Below are positions 36,371 to 41,302 of a DNA stretch of 41,302 nt, one piece after another. Within the stretch, counting starts at the first letter, position 1. The number at the start of each line of letters is the position of its first letter. Location: sequence record SRR31156797_4892. One strand, 5' to 3'. The notes beneath the pieces were generated by a model. The model had not been told where the DNA came from, did not search any database, and saw only the letters and a list, made by a program, of their open reading frames with translations. The translations under genes and the position numbers were made by a program.

Positions 36371-38824
36371 ATGATGAAAAGATGCATTATTTCGGCTATT
36401 TGGCACGTATTGTTTATTGCGGTTTTCTTGATTCCGACGGCATACGCGGACTGGGGACTTATGCTCGGTTCTTTCAAAAATCGAGATAACGCCCAGAAAT
36501 ATATGGAGAATTTCCTCAAGGGGCAGGAGGGCCTAAAGGAAAATGCATTCCTGGAAGATATTCAAATGCCTGGAAGGGGTATCTGGTACAGGGTTTGTCT
36601 TGGGCCTTTCGTTAGTCGAGAGGACGCTGTGGAGAAACAGAAATTCTTCCAATCCAGAGGGCACGACAGCGTTATCGTTTCGGTAAAAGCTGCCGAAATC
36701 GCTCATCCATCACGAAATTTGCGGAGATCAGATTCGGATACGCCATCGCGCGGCACGAATGCTGTCCATCCGGAAGGCCCGCCGTTGGTCTCAGCCAATG
36801 CCTCAGTCCCGAAAGACATCCCTGGCAAGCCTAAAGGTCGGCATGAGGTCGGTGCTCCTTTATCCGTATCCGGAGGGAGAATAAAACCTTCCGTTGGCTC
36901 ACCTAGAGCGGGAGCGGCGCATCTGGTGGATGATCGTTCTTCATCCGGATCGCAGGAAAAAGCAGTCATTGTATCTGCCGGCGATATTTTAAGCATAGAA
37001 ATTCCCGGTCAAAAACAAATGAGCCATGATTACGATGTTGACCCAGATGGCAGAATATTCATGGTATCAGCAGGGGAAATTAGGGTTGGGGGGTTGGATC
37101 TTTCTCTGGTTGAAAGGAAGATCACCAAGGTTCTCCGGCAGCTCATCCCGAAAGGAGAAATACCCATTATCCGCCTCGTTGACAGAATGCGTTATATCAA
37201 CATAAGCGGCGGGGTCAACTACCCGGGTTGGTACCGGGTTCCCCAGATATCCAACCTTGATGATCTGGTTGAAATGGCGGGCGGGCTTATTTCGGGATCG
37301 GATTTTTCAGAAATTAAGCTCAGACGGAGTACAAAAACCGGATTTCGCAAGATAAAGGCCAGAGGTCGAATTTCTCTCGATCCAAATGATGTGCTGATGG
37401 TGCCTACCCCAAAAAAATATGAGAGAAAGATTGACAGCGGGGATCTTCTTTTTATTAACATTCCTGAAAAACCGAGTCGAACCGAGCTGTCTGAAATAGA
37501 GAGAAAGGTAACCCAGAACCAGATTGAGGTCGATAAATCCGGTTATATATACATTCCGGAGTATGGTCACGTTTATGTCAAAAACTTGTTGACAACAGAA
37601 GTAGCCAAACTTATCGCAAAGCGCCTTCCAAAATATCTCGCTCGTTCCGCTGAAGTTCATGTGAACATCATCGAGAAACGGCATTATGTGCAGATTGGCG
37701 GGCATGTGGCGAGACCGGGATGGTATAATATACCGGAATCCGATAATATTCAAGGGGCACTGAGTGCGGCGGGCGGTGCAGTGGATGGCGCTATTATGAG
37801 TAAAGTTACAGTAAACCGCAGATGGGGAGGGCAAACTCGAAAAGTTCGGATAAATCTGTACCAGTTTACCGTTACGGGAGATGCCAGGTTGCTTACCCCT
37901 GTTCATGAAAATGATTCTATTTTCGTGCCCATTTCCGCTGCCTTTGGGGACATAAAGCGTACCCTCAGCTCTTGGATGCCGCCTCCCTCAAAGTTGGAAG
38001 AGGATATGGGCTCCAAAGTCCGTATTTTTGGAGCGGTGGTCAACCCTGGTGTTTATGAACCGAAAGAAGGCATGAATATCCTTGATCTAATGCTTTTGGC
38101 CGGAGGAAACAGAGTGATTGCGGATTTGGCCAAAACATTGTTGATAAGGGAGAACAAAACTGAAACATACGATCTAAACAGCTTAATACTCCAAAGTACC
38201 CAAGGGTCCGCCAAAATCCCAAAAGTCCAAAATGGTGATTCCGTATATATCGGTTATATGAAATTGGCAGGTCAGGAAATAACTGAACCGAAGAAAATGG
38301 TTAGAATTTTTGGGGCTGTCAAAAAACCGGGGGTTTTTGAGCCTGTTCCTGATATGAATCTGATGGACATATTTTCCTTAGCAAAGGGCGGTAAGTATGA
38401 CGCTGATTTGACAAAGGTAATGATTATGCGCAGGAATGGCAACATGGAACGTTTTGATTTGCAGGAATATCTTGACGCCAAGGACCCTGATCCCTCAAAA
38501 CTGCCAAGAATCAATGCAAGCGATACGATTTTCGTGGCCTATTTGCAGCATTTGGATTTGGAAAAGAAGGAACCGATTTATCTTCTAGGAAAGATTAAAA
38601 CCCCAGGGCAATATGATCTGGCCGAGGGGAATATGACCGTTTACCAGATGCTTGCCTATGCCGGTGGTTTGGATGAGTGGGCGGATACTGAGAACATCAG
38701 GATTATTCGAATGGTGAACGGAAGACAGCGCAATATTCCCTATAATCTCAGAAAAGCGCTTTCTGGAAAATATCCTGAATTGAATATCAGATTAAGATCT
38801 TTCGATACGATTTATGTACCCTAA
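36371..38824 (+). CDS. SPOR-domain-fused polysaccharide export (OPX) protein with two Poly_export and multiple SLBB domains
   Basis: Signal peptide ending 'TAYA|D'; SPOR 'LGSFKNRDNA...WYRVCLGPF.SREDA'; Poly_export 'AGDILSIEI...VDPDGRI' and 'SGDLLFINI...VDKSGYIYIP..G'; five SLBB-type 'GxVxxPG.Y...L..AGG' repeats; ends 'DTIYVP'. Confidence 0.85.
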   Translation: MMKRCIISAIWHVLFIAVFLIPTAYADWGLMLGSFKNRDNAQKYMENFLKGQEGLKENAFLEDIQMPGRGIWYRVCLGPFVSREDAVEKQKFFQSRGHDSVIVSVKAAEIAHPSRNLRRSDSDTPSRGTNAVHPEGPPLVSANASVPKDIPGKPKGRHEVGAPLSVSGGRIKPSVGSPRAGAAHLVDDRSSSGSQEKAVIVSAGDILSIEIPGQKQMSHDYDVDPDGRIFMVSAGEIRVGGLDLSLVERKITKVLRQLIPKGEIPIIRLVDRMRYINISGGVNYPGWYRVPQISNLDDLVEMAGGLISGSDFSEIKLRRSTKTGFRKIKARGRISLDPNDVLMVPTPKKYERKIDSGDLLFINIPEKPSRTELSEIERKVTQNQIEVDKSGYIYIPEYGHVYVKNLLTTEVAKLIAKRLPKYLARSAEVHVNIIEKRHYVQIGGHVARPGWYNIPESDNIQGALSAAGGAVDGAIMSKVTVNRRWGGQTRKVRINLYQFTVTGDARLLTPVHENDSIFVPISAAFGDIKRTLSSWMPPPSKLEEDMGSKVRIFGAVVNPGVYEPKEGMNILDLMLLAGGNRVIADLAKTLLIRENKTETYDLNSLILQSTQGSAKIPKVQNGDSVYIGYMKLAGQEITEPKKMVRIFGAVKKPGVFEPVPDMNLMDIFSLAKGGKYDADLTKVMIMRRNGNMERFDLQEYLDAKDPDPSKLPRINASDTIFVAYLQHLDLEKKEPIYLLGKIKTPGQYDLAEGNMTVYQMLAYAGGLDEWADTENIRIIRMVNGRQRNIPYNLRKALSGKYPELNIRLRSFDTIYVP

Positions 38825-38992
38825 AGCGAAAATTTGCAGATTTTAGTTTTAGGTTTTTAAGTCAATGAACTTCTTGTTTTTTTGTGACAGAAAAACAGGT
38901 GACAGGGTACTAAAAGCCAGAATGCTCAAAGTCTGGAAGCTGAAAGCTTGAAGGGAAAAGTCGAGAATCACCAATAGCAATGGTTTTGTGAT

Positions 38993-40849
38993 GTGATAAG
39001 TTTGAAAACAATTCCAGGAAACATTTCTACCACTAAACCATACCTTGTGGCTTTCCTTTTATTGCCCGTTGTGTTTTCTTCTTTCTTTTTTATTACCACC
39101 AGTCAAATTACCTCTGCATTCGGTGAACAGAACCGATCCAATGTGGGTCAGGTACACCTCTATTCGCTGGTAAAAAGCTATTCCTTTAATTCAGTTGAAA
39201 TACGACCGAATAGAAACAATAAGCAGACAAAAAACTCTTCAGCAGGGCCAACCAAACCATTTTCCACTTTACCCATTCAAAAATCCGTTATTCAGGTTAG
39301 AAAACTCATTTTCGCTCCGACCTACGAAACTAAAAGGCAAAACTGGTCAGTTAACCACGTAACCATTCCAATTAAGGCGTTCGGAAGTGAGAGAGAGTCC
39401 GCTACTAGAATGGAACGTGATAATGTGAAACAGAATCCCTATTCGCCTTTAATTCTTTTAAAAACCCACAAAGATATAAGAAAGGCTCCATCTAATGTGG
39501 TAGCGAATGGCGAAAATCCGTCCGGCGTCGAGAAAATATTGGCAGGTGCTGCTGGCACACTTGGCGATTTTTTTGAGGGTGTCTCTTCAACACCTTCAAA
39601 AGGCGCTTATCGAGTTGAGATCACTCCGAGGATAAGCATTAAAGGAGAATACGATGACAATATCTTTCTTCGAAAAACAAATATAGTGAGTGACTACAAG
39701 ACCACCCTATCGCCTGGGATAAAGGCTGTCGCCAATTCAGAGACCAATGGTATGGATCTGGATTACCAGTTCGGGTGGGTCAGATACCAAAACAGAACCC
39801 GAAATGACTATGTACAGCATGAAGGTGGACTCAAGCTCTGGCAGAAAATTGGCAGGCATTTGACATTCCGTTTGGAGGACTATTACATAAAATCCGATGA
39901 TATTCTTGCGGCCCTAAACCAAGTGCCTGTATCCCAAAGAATTCCAGACCCCGAAACGCTTCAGGCCTATCAGCGTAATAATGCAAGGGCATTTTTTGAG
40001 TACCAATTTGCTCCAGAGAGCCAACTAGTAGCCGGCTACGTTTACAATTTCACAGACAATAAAGATCCAAACTTGGAGGACATCACTGAATACGGACCTT
40101 TTGCTAACTTATCCTACTGGTTTAATCAGAGAAACGGATTGGAGTTGGATTACACATTTCTCAGAAATGATTACGGAACAAAAGGCACCGCCATAGAATC
40201 ACGCCCTGATCTCGATCGACAGGATATTCTCGGGCGTTATATTCGTAGATTTGGTATTCGTACATCCGGCCTTCTGCAGTATGGTCTTTTCATTAGAGAT
40301 TTCCCCGATGTTTCGGTGAATTACCAGATTCATGACTTCAGTGGTGGATTCGAGCACTCTTTTGCCCCTAGTACTACTATTGCTTTGGGAACGGGCTATT
40401 ATAGAGCTACGGGGGATACGAACATCAAGCCCGGTTATAATTTTCTCGCCTCTCTAAACAGGGATTTCGAGAGGGGGAGTATTTCTTTGAGCTTGGTGCA
40501 TACTTTTGATCAGGGTTATAATGAAGTGGTGCCGAGGGGTTTTACAGTGTACTCTCAAGGGTTATTGTCCGCTGACTACTCTATAAGAGAGAATCTGAGT
40601 TTATATGGTTCTCTATCTTACCGACGAAATGATTATTCAGAAGATGAGCTTGATATTATTGGCGGGGAGAAGGTTCCGAACGACCAAACCTACAGGGGAA
40701 GATGCGGCATGACATGGAAGTTTTATCGGTGGGTATCGTTAGATTTGGGTTACCGATATGCCAAAAGGATTAGCGATGATCCCAATTTTGATTTTATTGA
40801 TAATAGAATCATGTTGAAATTGACCGGGTTTTATCCTCATAAATGGTAA
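38993..40849 (+). CDS. Outer-membrane beta-barrel protein (EPS-locus BBP2/EpsX-like) with a long N-terminal extension
   Basis: 'ITPRISIKGEYDDNIF...D..T.LSPGI', alternating aromatic beta-strands, 'LDLGYRY..R.SD...DF.DNRIMLKL', C-terminal Trp; adjacent to the OPX gene. Confidence 0.8.
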   Translation: MISLKTIPGNISTTKPYLVAFLLLPVVFSSFFFITTSQITSAFGEQNRSNVGQVHLYSLVKSYSFNSVEIRPNRNNKQTKNSSAGPTKPFSTLPIQKSVIQVRKLIFAPTYETKRQNWSVNHVTIPIKAFGSERESATRMERDNVKQNPYSPLILLKTHKDIRKAPSNVVANGENPSGVEKILAGAAGTLGDFFEGVSSTPSKGAYRVEITPRISIKGEYDDNIFLRKTNIVSDYKTTLSPGIKAVANSETNGMDLDYQFGWVRYQNRTRNDYVQHEGGLKLWQKIGRHLTFRLEDYYIKSDDILAALNQVPVSQRIPDPETLQAYQRNNARAFFEYQFAPESQLVAGYVYNFTDNKDPNLEDITEYGPFANLSYWFNQRNGLELDYTFLRNDYGTKGTAIESRPDLDRQDILGRYIRRFGIRTSGLLQYGLFIRDFPDVSVNYQIHDFSGGFEHSFAPSTTIALGTGYYRATGDTNIKPGYNFLASLNRDFERGSISLSLVHTFDQGYNEVVPRGFTVYSQGLLSADYSIRENLSLYGSLSYRRNDYSEDELDIIGGEKVPNDQTYRGRCGMTWKFYRWVSLDLGYRYAKRISDDPNFDFIDNRIMLKLTGFYPHKW

Positions 40850-40914
40850 ATGCAACTCCTTTTGAGGGAGGTGGAGAAGCGATTTAACAAAAATATGTAG
40901 GCAGAGGGCTTCAA

Positions 40915-41301
40915 TCATTTGACTGGCAGTAGCTCAACCCTTCTGTTCAAAGCCCTTCCTTCTTCAGTGCGATTGGTGGTTTTGGGGCGTGAGAATCCAA
41001 ATCCCACTGCGATTAAACGCTGGTCGGTAATCCCTTTCTTCATGAGATAATTCTTTACCGCGTTAGCTCTGTTTTCCGAAAGCTTTCGGTTGTACTGGTT
41101 GGATCCCACATTGTCCGTGTGCCCCTGTATTTCGATGACCATCGTGGGATTTTCTTGTAAAACAGTTATGATTTCGTTCAGATGAGGATAAAATTCAGAC
41201 TTAATTTGGTATTTGTTAAAATCGAACAGGGCCTCACTGATGACCCAGCAGCCGCGTTCATCCACTTTGGCGCCTTTAGGCGTTCCGGGACATTCGTCCA
41301 G
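40915..41301 (-). CDS. OmpA-family peptidoglycan-binding protein with TSP3-type repeat (5'-partial, runs off the window)
   Basis: 'LFDFNK', 'IEIQGHTDNVG...N..LSENRANAV', 'GRALNRRVE'. The frame stays open to the window edge as 'LDECPGTPKGAKVDERGC' (TSP3-like). Confidence 0.92.
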   Translation of the reverse strand: MDECPGTPKGAKVDERGCWVISEALFDFNKYQIKSEFYPHLNEIITVLQENPTMVIEIQGHTDNVGSNQYNRKLSENRANAVKNYLMKKGITDQRLIAVGFGFSRPKTTNRTEEGRALNRRVELLPVK

Positions 41302-41302
41302 A

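Noticed and set aside
36401-36420. TGGCACG...TTGC as a sigma54 promoter
   Set aside because: It lies inside the OPX coding sequence and the GG-to-GC spacing does not fit -24/-12.
385-38514. The many 60-200 aa alternative-frame and antisense ORFs in the track (e.g. 37307..37906, 34857..35348, 26252..26734, 7926..8363, 31479..31919)
   Set aside because: They lie within or largely overlap well-supported genes and show no recognisable domains, so they are treated as shadow ORFs.
1-41302. CRISPR arrays, tRNA/rRNA genes, IS/transposase or integrase genes
   Set aside because: No regularly spaced repeats, RNA-gene signatures or transposase/recombinase motifs were seen by eye, and the intergenic gaps are short.

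Overview
This is a ~41 kb bacterial surface-polysaccharide (Wzx/Wzy-type EPS or capsule) locus. Gene content and style suggest a Desulfobacterota/deltaproteobacterium, but that is inference only. One long minus-strand array (35873 to 1484, about 29 genes) encodes 3 GT2, 4 GT4 and 1 GT39/GT-C glycosyltransferases, a Wzx flippase, a Wzy/O-antigen-ligase-family protein and a small phosphoglycosyl transferase. It also carries an unusually large tailoring kit: two FkbH-like HAD-IIIC proteins, an ACP, a GNAT-like protein, a VOC protein, a B12-radical SAM, a SPASM/twitch-type radical SAM, four class I SAM methyltransferases, an AsnB-type amidotransferase, two NodB deacetylases and an exported beta-helix/FGE-sulfatase fusion. 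The distal end of the array holds a DUF29 gene and a truncated PIN gene and converges on a full-length priming glycosyltransferase (82..1476, +). Divergently, behind a perfect sigma70 promoter, lie a SPOR-domain-fused OPX (Poly_export/SLBB) protein and an outer-membrane beta-barrel. A convergent OmpA/TSP3 gene is cut by the window edge. The best novelty candidates are (1) an ACP-dependent glyceryl-type acyl-decoration pathway, including an FkbH with a ferredoxin-like Cys cluster, and (2) a peptidoglycan-binding SPOR-OPX plus beta-barrel export apparatus. I saw no RNA genes, CRISPR arrays or IS elements. All calls are by motif recognition; no searches were run.
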